55,012 nucleotides of DNA from an uncultured Syntrophaceae bacterium (lineage in GTDB: Bacteria > Desulfobacterota > BSN033 > UBA1163). Positions within the stretch are counted from its first letter, which is position 1. Each line of letters starts with the position of its first letter. The DNA is taken from NCBI GenBank assembly GCA_964517975.1, contig CAZFDM010000190.1:1-55012 (forward strand). Reading direction: 5' to 3'. The notes under the pieces were generated by a model. That model saw only the letters and a program-made list of their open reading frames with translations. It made no database searches and was not told where the DNA came from. Made by a program: the position numbers and the translations under genes. Shown here one piece after another: positions 37,631 to 46,827 of this stretch.

Positions 37631-38938
37631 ATGGAACCGATTGTGATCATCGGGGGTGGATTAGCCGGATGCGAAGCCGCATGGCAGATTGCAAAGAGAG
37701 GAGGAAGGGTTCTCCTCTATGAGATGAAACCCAAGGTCTATTCCCCGGCTCATCATTCTCCTCTCCTTGCAGAAATCGTCTGTAGTAATTCATTTAAATC
37801 AGAATCCATTGAAAATGCCCCTGGGGTGCTTAAAAAAGAGATGGAACAGTTAGATTCCATCATCTTAAAAACGGCTAAGGAGGTGAGGGTTCCAGCAGGA
37901 GATTCTTTAGCGGTTGATCGAGAAGCCTTTTCAAAGAAGATCACCCAAACCATAGAGGAGTTGGAAAACGTGGAGGTGATTCGAGAGGAGGTCACTTGCC
38001 TTCCTCAAGATCGGATTGTCATTGTGGCCACCGGACCCCTTACCTCCGAAGCATTGAGCGATGAGATTCGGAAAATCACAGGAAGCGAACATCTCTTTTT
38101 TTACGATGCGATCTCTCCTATCATCACCGCCGAATCCATCAATTTCAAGAAGGTCTTTAAGGCCTCCCGATATGGAAAAGGGGGTCATGATTATGTCAAT
38201 TGTCCAATGACTGAGGAAGAGTATGAGCAATGGGTGGAGGCCTTAATTCAAGCCGAGAGGGTTTCGCTCCGTCCCTTTGAGAAGAGGTATCTTTTTGAGG
38301 GATGTCTCCCCCTTGAGGAGATGGCTGAACGAGGGAAGAAAACCCTGGCCCACGGTCCGCTTAAGCCCGTTGGGATCATTGATCCAAGAACAGGGAGAAA
38401 GCCATTTGCAGTCCTCCAGTTAAGGCAGGAAGACCAATTTGAGACCCTCTATAATCTGGTCGGTTGCCAGACTCGACTGAAACCGGAGGAACAGAAGAGA
38501 ATTTTTCGGATGGTACCAGGTTTAGAAAAGGCAGAGTTTGTTCGGCTGGGCTCTGTGCATCGAAATACATTTATTAATTCTCCGACCCTCCTGAAGGAAT
38601 CTCTTCAATTCAAAAAGAGTCCTCACCTCTTTTTTGCTGGACAGATTACAGGGGTGGAAGGGTATATGGAATCATCCGCTATAGGACTTCTTTCAGGAAT
38701 CAATGCCTATCGATATGCAAGGGGAATGTTACCAGTCGTTCCACCTCCCACTACAGCCATTGGTGCGCTGGCCCATTACATCACTCATTCTAAATCCATA
38801 CCTTTCCAGCCGATGAATATCAATTTTGGTTTATTCCCACCTTTGGAGGGAAGGGTGAGGGGAAGAGTCAGACGACAACTTTTAGCGAAGCGGGCGTTAA
38901 AAGAGATGGAGCAATGGAAGAAAGAGTGGAGGATTTAA
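37631..38938 (+). CDS. trmFO: Methylenetetrahydrofolate-tRNA-(uracil54-C5)-methyltransferase TrmFO (Gid)
   Basis: FAD motif [14 protein letters not shown], 435 aa, and the conserved dprA-topA-trmFO neighbourhood. Confidence 0.9.
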   Translation: MEPIVIIGGGLAGCEAAWQIAKRGGRVLLYEMKPKVYSPAHHSPLLAEIVCSNSFKSESIENAPGVLKKEMEQLDSIILKTAKEVRVPAGDSLAVDREAFSKKITQTIEELENVEVIREEVTCLPQDRIVIVATGPLTSEALSDEIRKITGSEHLFFYDAISPIITAESINFKKVFKASRYGKGGHDYVNCPMTEEEYEQWVEALIQAERVSLRPFEKRYLFEGCLPLEEMAERGKKTLAHGPLKPVGIIDPRTGRKPFAVLQLRQEDQFETLYNLVGCQTRLKPEEQKRIFRMVPGLEKAEFVRLGSVHRNTFINSPTLLKESLQFKKSPHLFFAGQITGVEGYMESSAIGLLSGINAYRYARGMLPVVPPPTTAIGALAHYITHSKSIPFQPMNINFGLFPPLEGRVRGRVRRQLLAKRALKEMEQWKKEWRI

Positions 38939-39000
38939 CCTATTTTTTACAAAGAGAATCTTATCCCCTATGAGAAGAGTTTAAAGGAGAAAGCGGAAGG

Positions 39001-39315
39001 ATGATGGAAGAGAGACATTGTTTTCGGTGTGGGAAAAGGCTTCAACCTGGAGGACTGAACTATGTCGTGAATATCAGAGTCTTTGCCGACTTTGACGGAA
39101 TTCTTCTGGAGCCAGAAGAGGGAGTTGACCAACAGTTAAGACACCTTTTTAGGCAGGTGGAGGAGATGGACCCCGAGGAATTGGAGAAGGAGGTCTACGA
39201 GGAATTCAATCTCCTCCTCTGCAAAAGTTGCCGAGACCGATTTGTCGACGAGACCCAACATCCCTGGGAAGGTCCCTTTAGGATTAAGGGAGGTTCTGAA
39301 ACAACCCTCCATTAA
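39001..39315 (+). CDS. Small acidic protein with two CxxC pairs (zinc-ribbon-like), function unknown
   Basis: CFRCGK near the N-terminus and CKSCRD near residue 75. 104 aa, with RBS AAAGGAGAAAGCGGAAGG. Confidence 0.5.
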   Translation: MMEERHCFRCGKRLQPGGLNYVVNIRVFADFDGILLEPEEGVDQQLRHLFRQVEEMDPEELEKEVYEEFNLLLCKSCRDRFVDETQHPWEGPFRIKGGSETTLH

Positions 39316-39330
39316 CTCTTTTTTAGGAAC

Positions 39331-39473
39331 ATCCACCCTTTTGTCATTGGTGGATCATCTTCCTTTAACTCTAAACAAAAATATTTGAAATTTCACAGAG
39401 TTGTCATCCTGAACTCGTTTCAGGATCTCACCTTTTGGACAAAACAAGATGCTGAACCAAGTTCAGCATGACA
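39331..39473. repeat. Cluster of three hairpins sharing a TGTCAT core (REP/MITE-like palindromic element)
   Basis: Three perfect stems: ATCCACC-(11 nt)-GGTGGAT at 39331-39355, ATCCTGAA-(5 nt)-TTCAGGAT at 39406-39426, and ATGCTGAAC-CAA-GTTCAGCAT at 39449-39469. TGTCATCCTGAAC and its near-inverse GTTCAGCATGACA flank the latter two. Confidence 0.5.
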
Positions 39474-39601
39474 CCACTTGTTCTCACGTGTTAGAGATAA
39501 ATTCTCAGACTTCAATGTGTAAGAATCTAACATTGCGCTCGAATCAAGAAACTCTCCTCTTTCAAAGCAGTGGGGCATTCCCCCTGAAAACCTTAAAGGG
39601 C

Positions 39602-39630
39602 TTGACAAATCTCTGAAAATTTGATTTAAA
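39602..39630 (+). promoter_or_regulatory. Candidate sigma70 promoter with extended -10
   Basis: CTTGACAAAT with TTGACA at 39602-39607, a 17-nt spacer and TGaTTTAAA at 39622-39630, about 30 nt upstream of the ATG at 39660. Confidence 0.4.
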
Positions 39631-39648
39631 TTAATTCAACTGAATTAA
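39631..39648. promoter_or_regulatory. Perfect 8-bp-arm palindrome between promoter and start codon (operator candidate)
   Basis: TTAATTCA-AC-TGAATTAA at 39631-39648. Confidence 0.4.
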
Positions 39649-39659
39649 TTGAAGAAAAA

Positions 39660-40250
39660 ATGAACATCCATACTCTCTCGCTTAAAAAGTTAACCAATGG
39701 ACTTCTTAAAAATGGATCCAAAGAGATGACCGGACGTATCCGGGGAATTCGGATCAGGGAAGCCATTGAAAAGTTTCTTGGAGAGAAGGAAGAAGGTCAG
39801 AAAGTTATTCTCGATTTTTCAGGAATAGGGCCCATTGATTTTTCTTGGGCTGATGAAGTCATTGCCAAAATCATATCGCGATTGTGGAGTGGCGAATATG
39901 GAGAAAAGTTTATTCTTTTAAGGGGATTAAACCCCTCTCAGGCAGAAAACATCTCTGTTGCCTTAGAAAGGAAGAGATTGGCTGTCCTGACCACTGGCCC
40001 TGGAGGTTGGCGAGTCATCGGATCTCTCAACAACTATTTGGTCCGAACCCTAAACCAGGTGATGAAAAAGAGGCAATTAACCCTAAGGGAACTCTCAGAT
40101 GAGGAAGGGATAGGGATGAACACGAGCGGGACGAGGCTCCTTAACCTCTATAAGAAGCGGCTGGTTGTGAGAGTTGAGAAAACTACCAAGAGAGGAAAGG
40201 AAATTTCCCATCGGACAAGGCCTTATGTCTACCAGTCCCTCCTCTCATAG
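39660..40250 (+). CDS. STAS-like (DUF4325-type) domain protein with C-terminal winged-helix-like region
   Basis: VILDFSGIGPIDFSWADEVIAKI resembles the DUF4325/STAS-like block. The C-terminal LTLRELSDEEGIGMNTSGTRLLNLYKKRLV is HTH-like. This assignment is from pattern memory only. Confidence 0.5.
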   Translation: MNIHTLSLKKLTNGLLKNGSKEMTGRIRGIRIREAIEKFLGEKEEGQKVILDFSGIGPIDFSWADEVIAKIISRLWSGEYGEKFILLRGLNPSQAENISVALERKRLAVLTTGPGGWRVIGSLNNYLVRTLNQVMKKRQLTLRELSDEEGIGMNTSGTRLLNLYKKRLVVRVEKTTKRGKEISHRTRPYVYQSLLS

Positions 40251-40259
40251 GAGAAATCG

Positions 40260-41246
40260 ATGTCAGAATTGAGAAGGGAACCCGTAACGAGAATGTGGGT
40301 AGTGACCACAACCGATCATCCCAAAGGACCATCGGATTATCTTCCTTTTAAACCACCCTACCGATTCCAAGAACCAGAGGGAGAATGTCCATTCTGTCCG
40401 GGTCATGAGGCAATGACTCCTCAGGAGACCTTTTCCATGAGAACAGAGAAGGGTGAATGGTTGGTTCGGGTTGTCCCCAATAAATTTCCTTTCTTCCATA
40501 TCGAAGGAGATTTTGATCGAAGACCTGAGGGGATGTACGACGTGATGGAGGCCATTGGTGCCCATGAGATTGTGGTGGAGAGCCCGGTCCATCAACAGAG
40601 CCTGGCCACGATGACCCCCCCCGAGATTGAGAGGATTCTCCTTGCTTATCGAGAGAGGTTTATCGACCTCAAGAAGGATCGGCGATTTGAACAGTTTCTT
40701 ATTCTAAAGAATTATCCAGGGATATTCAACCGTCATCCTCACTCCCATGTGGTGGCCATGCCGGTCATTCCTCGAAGAATTGATGAGGAGATCTGGGGAG
40801 TATTGGATTACTACCAAAGGCGAGAGAGGTGTATTTTCTGTGATATGATCAAAGAGGAGATCTCCGCCAAAAAGAGGATCGTCTTGGAGAGCGTCCATTT
40901 CTTGGTTTATTCACCCTTTGCCTCCCGATATCCTTTCGAAGTCTGGGTCATTCCCAAAAATCACTCCCCTGACTTTGATCAAATCACAGAGGAGGAAAGA
41001 GGAGATCTCTCCATTGCCCTCCACTCCCTTTTTGTTCGGTTTTATAAACTCCTATCCGATCCACCTTATAGTTTGACGTTCCACACCTCTCCCGTCCAAA
41101 GCAGATTCCATCGAAACGAATATCATTGGCATATTGAAACCCGACTAAGGATTGGATTGAGGGAAGGGTTTGAGTGGGGAACAGGTTTTTTTGTCAATCC
41201 CACTCCGCCTGAGTATGCGGCTGAATTATTAAGAGAAGTAGGATAA
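40260..41246 (+). CDS. GalT-family (HIT superfamily branch III fold) nucleotidyltransferase/phosphorylase, atypical HxHxH motif
   Basis: It has the zinc motif CPFCPGHE and the histidine motif NRHPHSHVVAMP where classical GalT has HPHGQ. The second half carries CIFCDMIKEE. Confidence 0.75.
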   Translation: MSELRREPVTRMWVVTTTDHPKGPSDYLPFKPPYRFQEPEGECPFCPGHEAMTPQETFSMRTEKGEWLVRVVPNKFPFFHIEGDFDRRPEGMYDVMEAIGAHEIVVESPVHQQSLATMTPPEIERILLAYRERFIDLKKDRRFEQFLILKNYPGIFNRHPHSHVVAMPVIPRRIDEEIWGVLDYYQRRERCIFCDMIKEEISAKKRIVLESVHFLVYSPFASRYPFEVWVIPKNHSPDFDQITEEERGDLSIALHSLFVRFYKLLSDPPYSLTFHTSPVQSRFHRNEYHWHIETRLRIGLREGFEWGTGFFVNPTPPEYAAELLREVG

Positions 41247-41264
41247 AAAAGCAAAGGCCTGAGG

Positions 41265-42572
41265 ATGAAGTATTTTGAATCGAAAAGATTGGATCGTCTG
41301 AGATGGTCTCCCCATAAAGCACGAAGGAGAAAGAGGAGGTGGCTCCTGTTTTCTGGCGTTCTCCTTGCAGGGCTCTTCCTGACCGCTTATTTTTTCTTGA
41401 TTCCTTCTAAACCCACAATTCCTCCCTCGCAAGGGACTGAACCGGTCGTATCCAAACCAGAGGAGGTAAAGCCTCAGACTATCGAAGGAGATATCAAACA
41501 AAAGAAGACTCTCTTTCAATCGTTGGTCGAAAAGGAGATCCCCCTTCACTGGATTGAACTGGTCATTTCAAAATTAAAACCCTACATCAATTTCAAAAAG
41601 ATAAAGGGAGGGGCTTACCGTCTCATCACTGACGGGAAAGGAGAGATGGTTAAATTTATCTATGAGGCGGGTCCCACGGAGGTTTATGAGATTGAGAAAG
41701 GGGAACATGGCTATTTTGTTCAAAAAAAGAGAATCCCTTTAGAGACCTACCTGGTAAAGGTATCGGGAGAGATTAAATTGTCGCTGTTTGAGGCCATGGA
41801 ATCTTTGGGTGAAGAGGATGGGTTGACCCTTGCCTTTGCTGAAATTTTGGCCTGGGAAATCGATTTTTACAAAGACGTGAGGGAAGGGGATCGGTTTAAG
41901 GTGGTCGTTGAGAAGGTTTACAAAGGAGACCAGTTTATTCAGTATGGAACGATCCATGCTGTTGAATATCAACGGAGAGATCGAGTGATTCGTGGAATAT
42001 ATTATAAAGGGCATTACTACAATGAAAAAGGGATTTCACTTCGGAAGCCTTTTTTAAAGGCTCCACTTAGGTTTATGAGGATCAGTTCAAGATTCACCCA
42101 GGCAAGAAGACATCCCATTCTTGGCGGGGTCTTTCCCCACCATGGGGTAGATTATGCTGCACCCATAGGGACCCCTGTGTGGGCGGTGGGAGATGGGACC
42201 GTGGTTCAATGTGGATGGAACGGAGGGTTTGGAAAACAGGTCGTCATCCGACACCGAAATGGATATATGACATTTTATGGCCATCTTTCTAATTTTGCTC
42301 AAGGAATTAAAAAAGGGGTTTCGGTCAAACAGAAACAGGTCATCGGCTATGTGGGTTCAACCGGGCTTTCTACAGGACCCCATTTAGACTATCGGTTGGC
42401 CAAAGATGGGAGGTTTAGAAATCCTTTAAGAGAGACCTTTTCGTCAGGAATGCCTATGGAGAAGAAAGAGATAGGTCCGTTTCAAGAGAAAAGGGATAAA
42501 ATGCTCACTTGGCTCCAAGGGGATCCTCTTTACAAAAAGAGGATAGAAGAAAGGATCGATTTGGAAAGATGA
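41265..42572 (+). CDS. M23 family metallopeptidase (LytM-type), membrane anchored
   Basis: One N-terminal TM segment, plus HHGVDYAAPIGTPV and GSTGLSTGPHLDY (HxxxD and HxH motifs). Confidence 0.85.
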   Translation: MKYFESKRLDRLRWSPHKARRRKRRWLLFSGVLLAGLFLTAYFFLIPSKPTIPPSQGTEPVVSKPEEVKPQTIEGDIKQKKTLFQSLVEKEIPLHWIELVISKLKPYINFKKIKGGAYRLITDGKGEMVKFIYEAGPTEVYEIEKGEHGYFVQKKRIPLETYLVKVSGEIKLSLFEAMESLGEEDGLTLAFAEILAWEIDFYKDVREGDRFKVVVEKVYKGDQFIQYGTIHAVEYQRRDRVIRGIYYKGHYYNEKGISLRKPFLKAPLRFMRISSRFTQARRHPILGGVFPHHGVDYAAPIGTPVWAVGDGTVVQCGWNGGFGKQVVIRHRNGYMTFYGHLSNFAQGIKKGVSVKQKQVIGYVGSTGLSTGPHLDYRLAKDGRFRNPLRETFSSGMPMEKKEIGPFQEKRDKMLTWLQGDPLYKKRIEERIDLER

Positions 42573-42970
42573 GTAAGAAAGAAGAGACGATGAAAGAAAA
42601 GAAAAAAATTCTTATTGTGGATGATGAAAGGGATATTGTGAAGGCCTTGATGATTCGACTTCAGTCCAAAGGATATGAGGTAGTCGTGGCTTACGATGGA
42701 GCCCAAGGGATTTTTATGGCCCATAAAGAGAATCCCGATTTGATCCTGCTCGATATCCGAATGCCAGCAGGGGATGGGTTTAGTGTGGCTGAAAAATTGA
42801 AGCAGTCGGACGATACCCGAGCCATCCCCATCATCTTCCTCACCGGAAGTCCAGAAAAAAATGCTGAGGGAAGGGCCATGGAGTTAGGGGCAAGGTTTTA
42901 CATCAAGAAGCCCTATGATCCCGAGGAACTATTGGATGCAATGGAAAGGGCCCTTGAGACAAAGACCTAA
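42569..42970 (+). CDS. Single-domain response regulator (CheY-like receiver)
   Basis: ILIVDDE, DLILLDIRMP, IIFLTGS and KKP blocks. ATG 42569 overlaps the M23 stop (ATGA). Confidence 0.85.
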   Translation: MSKKEETMKEKKKILIVDDERDIVKALMIRLQSKGYEVVVAYDGAQGIFMAHKENPDLILLDIRMPAGDGFSVAEKLKQSDDTRAIPIIFLTGSPEKNAEGRAMELGARFYIKKPYDPEELLDAMERALETKT

Positions 42971-43008
42971 GGGTTGAGGGAAGGTCTCTTTCATTTGAGG
43001 TTCCATAG

Positions 43009-43365
43009 ATGCTCAAAGAGGACTTTGTCATTTTTTCTAATATTCGACGTATCCTGATACGGACCAGCATCGATTATTCGAAACTGGATTTCGGTAGCAT
43101 CAGGGGGGTGGTTTATCTGAGAGGGGTTTTTCAACTTCCCCGACACTTAGCGGGAGAGGATCAAGAGAAGGTTAAAGAGATTTCAGAAAAAACCCTCTTT
43201 TCTCTCGAAAAGAAGTTAAGAAATATTCCGGGGGTTTCCGATGTCCTTTTCCAATTCGAAAATTGGAGGAAGGAAAGGGGACAATGGGTTCCTATAGAAA
43301 AGAAAAGGAAGGCAGAAGAGATGAAGGAAGAAGAAGATGAGGAGAAAACCCGATCAGATTTATAG
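43009..43365 (+). CDS. Hypothetical protein (BON-like core, E/K-rich tail)
   Basis: 118-aa ORF with a GAGG RBS 8 nt upstream. VVYLRGVF...IPGVSDVLFQF is vaguely BON-like, with no firm family call. Confidence 0.4.
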   Translation: MLKEDFVIFSNIRRILIRTSIDYSKLDFGSIRGVVYLRGVFQLPRHLAGEDQEKVKEISEKTLFSLEKKLRNIPGVSDVLFQFENWRKERGQWVPIEKKRKAEEMKEEEDEEKTRSDL

Positions 43366-44368
43366 AAAGATTTTGGGGGAGATAGAGAAGGCTCTCGAGT
43401 CCCATCCCAATTATGCGGACCTCCACCATCAATTAGGTCTCCTTTTCATTGCTCAAGGAGATCGAAGGAAAGCAGAGAGTCATTTTATAAAGGCCCTTCG
43501 CATCAATCCAAACTATCAGGAGGCAACCTTTAACCTTGGTTGCCTATACCTTGAAATGGGACGAGGGACCGAGGCCGAAAAGATCTTTCTCGCTGAATTG
43601 AAAAAATCTCCAAAGGGAGGGCACCTTCACCATCTTTTAGGAATGGTTTATCTCAAGAGGGGAAGAAAGAGGGAGGCGCTTTCTCAGATGAGAAAGGCGA
43701 TTCAGTGTTGTCCCTATTATGTCGATTTCTATAAAAAGAACGGTTTCTGGAAAGAAGGAAGGCTTGATCCTGGAGTAAAGGCAGAAGAGTTTTTAAAGAG
43801 GTTTCCTCAAAATTACCACTCCGCCCAACTTCACCATTTCGTTGGAATTTACCTTGCCCAAAAAGGCAGACCTACCCAGGCAGTTCAGGAATTGAAAAAG
43901 GCGGCGAAATGGAATCCCGATCAATTCCTATTCCATGCTAATCTTGGAGCAGTTTATTATTTTCAGGGATCGTATTCCAAAGCGATTCAGGAATACCAGA
44001 AGGCCTTAAAGATCAATCCCCTTTACGGTATGGGGTATGCTCATCTCAGTTATCTTTATGGTTTGATCGGGCAAACACGGAAAGCCCTTTGGAATATGAA
44101 AAAGGCGGTTAGCCTCAATCCCAATTATGCAGATCTTCACTACAACCTTTCCCTACTTTATAGTGATCGAAAACAGTATGAAAAGGCCATTTCAGAATTG
44201 AAAAAAGCCCTTCACATCAATCCTCAATACATCTTGGCAAGGGTTAATTTGGGTGTCCTTTATGAGGAACAGAAGAAGTATCCTTTAGCGAAGAAGGAAT
44301 ACAAAAAAGTTCTCCAGATCAACCCTGATGATGAACATGTTCGGAAGCGTCTGGAGAGAATTTCCTGA
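43337..44368 (+). CDS. Tetratricopeptide (TPR) repeat protein
   Basis: About nine 34-aa repeats of the form A..Y.KAL.INP.Y..A..NLG. The 5' end overlaps the previous ORF by 29 nt, so the start is uncertain. Confidence 0.8.
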   Translation: MRRKPDQIYRKILGEIEKALESHPNYADLHHQLGLLFIAQGDRRKAESHFIKALRINPNYQEATFNLGCLYLEMGRGTEAEKIFLAELKKSPKGGHLHHLLGMVYLKRGRKREALSQMRKAIQCCPYYVDFYKKNGFWKEGRLDPGVKAEEFLKRFPQNYHSAQLHHFVGIYLAQKGRPTQAVQELKKAAKWNPDQFLFHANLGAVYYFQGSYSKAIQEYQKALKINPLYGMGYAHLSYLYGLIGQTRKALWNMKKAVSLNPNYADLHYNLSLLYSDRKQYEKAISELKKALHINPQYILARVNLGVLYEEQKKYPLAKKEYKKVLQINPDDEHVRKRLERIS

Positions 44369-44386
44369 GGTGAGGGGAAAGGAAAG

Positions 44387-45469
44387 ATGGCACAACCCAT
44401 TTTAAAGAACAGATCAGAAGTTCTTACGATGCTGATTATTCATCAAGGGGCATTGGGTGATTTCATTCTGGCCCTTCCAGTTTTAAAAAATCTAAAGAAT
44501 ACTTTTCCCCATTCAAAGGTGGTCATTCTCGGATATCCAAGAATTCTTGAACTGGTAGAGGGGCATTTTTATGCGGAGCAGGTTCTTTCCATCGATCAGA
44601 AAGGGATGGCTACTTTCTTTGTCCAGAACGGATTTTTAGATTATACGCTCTCAGAATTCTTCAAAAAATTTGATCTGATAGTCCTCTTTGGGAAAGATCA
44701 AGGGGGGATCCTTCTTCGTAACCTTAATCGAATCTGTCAGGGTGTAGTCCTTCCTATCAATTCTTTTCCAACTTGGGATGAAAGGATCCACCTCACAGAC
44801 CACCTCCTCCGTCAACTTTCCAGATATGGTTTTTCCATTTCAGAGTCTTTGCCTAAACTCTATTTAAACGAGACGGACCGAAGTTGGGCAAAGGAATTTT
44901 GGAAAGAGAAAGGTTTGGATGGAAAGGGAAGGGATGGAGTGATAGTGGTTCATCCAGGGAGTGGGAGCAAAAAGAAGGTCTGGCCATTGGAAAGATTTGT
45001 TGAACTTGTTCAAACCCTGAAGAATCACTTCCTCGTCCATTTTCTCATTGTCCTTGGCCCAGCAGAAGGGATAGAGGTTCAAAAGGCCTTTGAGAGGATA
45101 GGAGACCCTCCACCCATTATCGTAAGGGGACTTTCTTTGCTTCAACTTGCTTCGGTAATGGAGGGGTGCGGGCTATTTGTTGGAAACGACTCTGGCATCT
45201 CCCATATGGCCTCTGCACTGGGAATTCCGACCATTGCAATTTTTGGACCTACGGATCCAAAGGTGTGGTCTCCAAAAGGAGAAAGGGTTTTGGTTGTTCG
45301 ACGAGAGATCCCCTGTTCCCCCTGCTCTGAAGAACGATTCTTTCTATGCAGACATTTTGACTGTTTAAGATCCATTGAAACCCAGGAGGTTTTAAAGGCG
45401 ATCGAGAAGATAGGAGTGAAATTCAAATTTAGAAAGGAGGAAGAAGATGGAAGAGAAGAAAGTCGGTGA
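44387..45469 (+). CDS. Glycosyltransferase family 9 (LPS heptosyltransferase-like)
   Basis: MLIIHQGALGDFILALPVLKNLKNTFP... and the C-terminal GNDSGISHMASALGIPTIAIFGPTDP block. Confidence 0.8.
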   Translation: MAQPILKNRSEVLTMLIIHQGALGDFILALPVLKNLKNTFPHSKVVILGYPRILELVEGHFYAEQVLSIDQKGMATFFVQNGFLDYTLSEFFKKFDLIVLFGKDQGGILLRNLNRICQGVVLPINSFPTWDERIHLTDHLLRQLSRYGFSISESLPKLYLNETDRSWAKEFWKEKGLDGKGRDGVIVVHPGSGSKKKVWPLERFVELVQTLKNHFLVHFLIVLGPAEGIEVQKAFERIGDPPPIIVRGLSLLQLASVMEGCGLFVGNDSGISHMASALGIPTIAIFGPTDPKVWSPKGERVLVVRREIPCSPCSEERFFLCRHFDCLRSIETQEVLKAIEKIGVKFKFRKEEEDGREESR

Positions 45470-45701
45470 GGTGATCAAATTTTTTGGGAAGATAAGCGTG
45501 GCGGCCATTCGGCTTACGGATACCTTAAAGGTCGGAGATAAGATCCATATTGTTGGGCATACCACTGATATCACCCAGACGGTTGAGTCCATGCAGATTG
45601 AGAATAAGAATGTTCAGGAGGCAGGCCCTGGCGCAGATATTGGGATTAAAGTGAAAGACAGAACAAGAGAACACGATACCGTTTATAAAATTATGGAGTA
45701 A
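45447..45701 (+). CDS. EF-Tu domain-2-like small beta-barrel protein (translation elongation factor-like protein)
   Basis: The 84-aa sequence VGEVIKFFGKISVAAIRLTDTLKVGDKIHIVGHTTDITQTVESMQIENKNVQEAGPGADIGIKV matches this family. It has a strong RBS (AAAGGAGGAAGAAG) and overlaps the GT9 3' end by 23 nt. Confidence 0.6.
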   Translation: MEEKKVGEVIKFFGKISVAAIRLTDTLKVGDKIHIVGHTTDITQTVESMQIENKNVQEAGPGADIGIKVKDRTREHDTVYKIME

Positions 45702-45705
45702 AGGG

Positions 45706-46827
45706 GTGCCCCTCAGGAAGGCAGAGGCACAAGAGAAAAAATGCCTTGCCTGTGGAAAGAAGGCTAAAATTCTTTCTCAGGCCCTCCAGGTCTGCTTGGA
45801 TTGTCTTCGATCAGGGGGAGAGACCGTTCAACCTCTTATTGAGGAGGCCCACTACCGATGTCGAGCCCCTTTCCGGTTGGTTAATCGGCCTCCAAAGGAT
45901 GAGGCCGGGATTCCTTGTTCAATCTGCACCAACCAGTGTAGAGTCCCTGAGGGAGGATGGGGATATTGTGGATTGAGGACACAAAAAGGAGGAGTCCTCA
46001 GTGGAGTCTCTCCGGAAGAAGGGAATGTCAGTTGGTATTATGATGGATTGCCAACAAATTGTGTTGCGGATTGGGTCTGCCCTGGTGGGACAGGCGCTGG
46101 ATATCCCCAATATGCCTATACGGATGGACCTGAATATGGTTTTAAGAACCTGGCGGTCTTTTATCATGGATGCTCCTTCGATTGTCTCTTCTGTCAGAAT
46201 TGGACTTATCGGGAGAGGGTTTGGGATAAAGACAGGGTTACTCCTGAAAGGCTGGCAATGGCGGTCGATGAGAAGACCAGTTGTATCTGTTATTTTGGTG
46301 GTGACCCCACTCCTCAACTTCCCCATTCGATCGAGGCCTCGAAGAAGGCATTGGAAAAGGCTCAAGGAAGGATTCTTCGTATCTGCTGGGAGACCAATGG
46401 TTCGATGAATCCCCATCTATTAGAAGAGGTGATGGCGATTTCTTTAGCCTCCGGAGGATGTGTCAAATTTGATATCAAGGCATGGAGCGATTCCCTTCAC
46501 CAAGCTCTCTGTGGCGTTTCTAATAAAAGGACCCAAGAGAATTTTGAACGGGCCAGCCAGTGGATCAGAAAAAGGCCTAACCCTCCACCCTTGATTGCCA
46601 GCACCCTTCTTGTCCCTGGGTATATTGATGAGGGAGAGGTTCGGGCGATTTCAAGATGGATTGCATCCCTTGACCCAGAGATTCCTTATTCCTTATTGGC
46701 CTTCTATCCCCAATTCTTTTTTAAAGACCTTCCCACCACCTCAAGGGCTTTTGCTTTTAGATGTAAAGAGGTGGCTGAGGAAGAAGGTCTTCGGAGAGTT
46801 AGGATTGGAAATATACACCTGCTATAA
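45706..46827 (+). CDS. Radical SAM enzyme (COG1180/PFL-activase-like) with N-terminal Cys-rich extension
   Basis: CSFDCLFCQNW (CxxxCxxC), N-terminal CLACG...CLDC and CSICTNQC...YCG. GTG start 4 nt after the previous stop. Confidence 0.75.
   Translation: MPLRKAEAQEKKCLACGKKAKILSQALQVCLDCLRSGGETVQPLIEEAHYRCRAPFRLVNRPPKDEAGIPCSICTNQCRVPEGGWGYCGLRTQKGGVLSGVSPEEGNVSWYYDGLPTNCVADWVCPGGTGAGYPQYAYTDGPEYGFKNLAVFYHGCSFDCLFCQNWTYRERVWDKDRVTPERLAMAVDEKTSCICYFGGDPTPQLPHSIEASKKALEKAQGRILRICWETNGSMNPHLLEEVMAISLASGGCVKFDIKAWSDSLHQALCGVSNKRTQENFERASQWIRKRPNPPPLIASTLLVPGYIDEGEVRAISRWIASLDPEIPYSLLAFYPQFFFKDLPTTSRAFAFRCKEVAEEEGLRRVRIGNIHLL

Noticed and set aside
39420-39608. A 62-aa minus-strand ORF in the 39.3-39.66 kb spacer.
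   Set aside because: It is a by-product of translating the palindromic hairpin repeats (the HAELGSAS-type string). It has no RBS, and I interpret the region as a repeat element instead.
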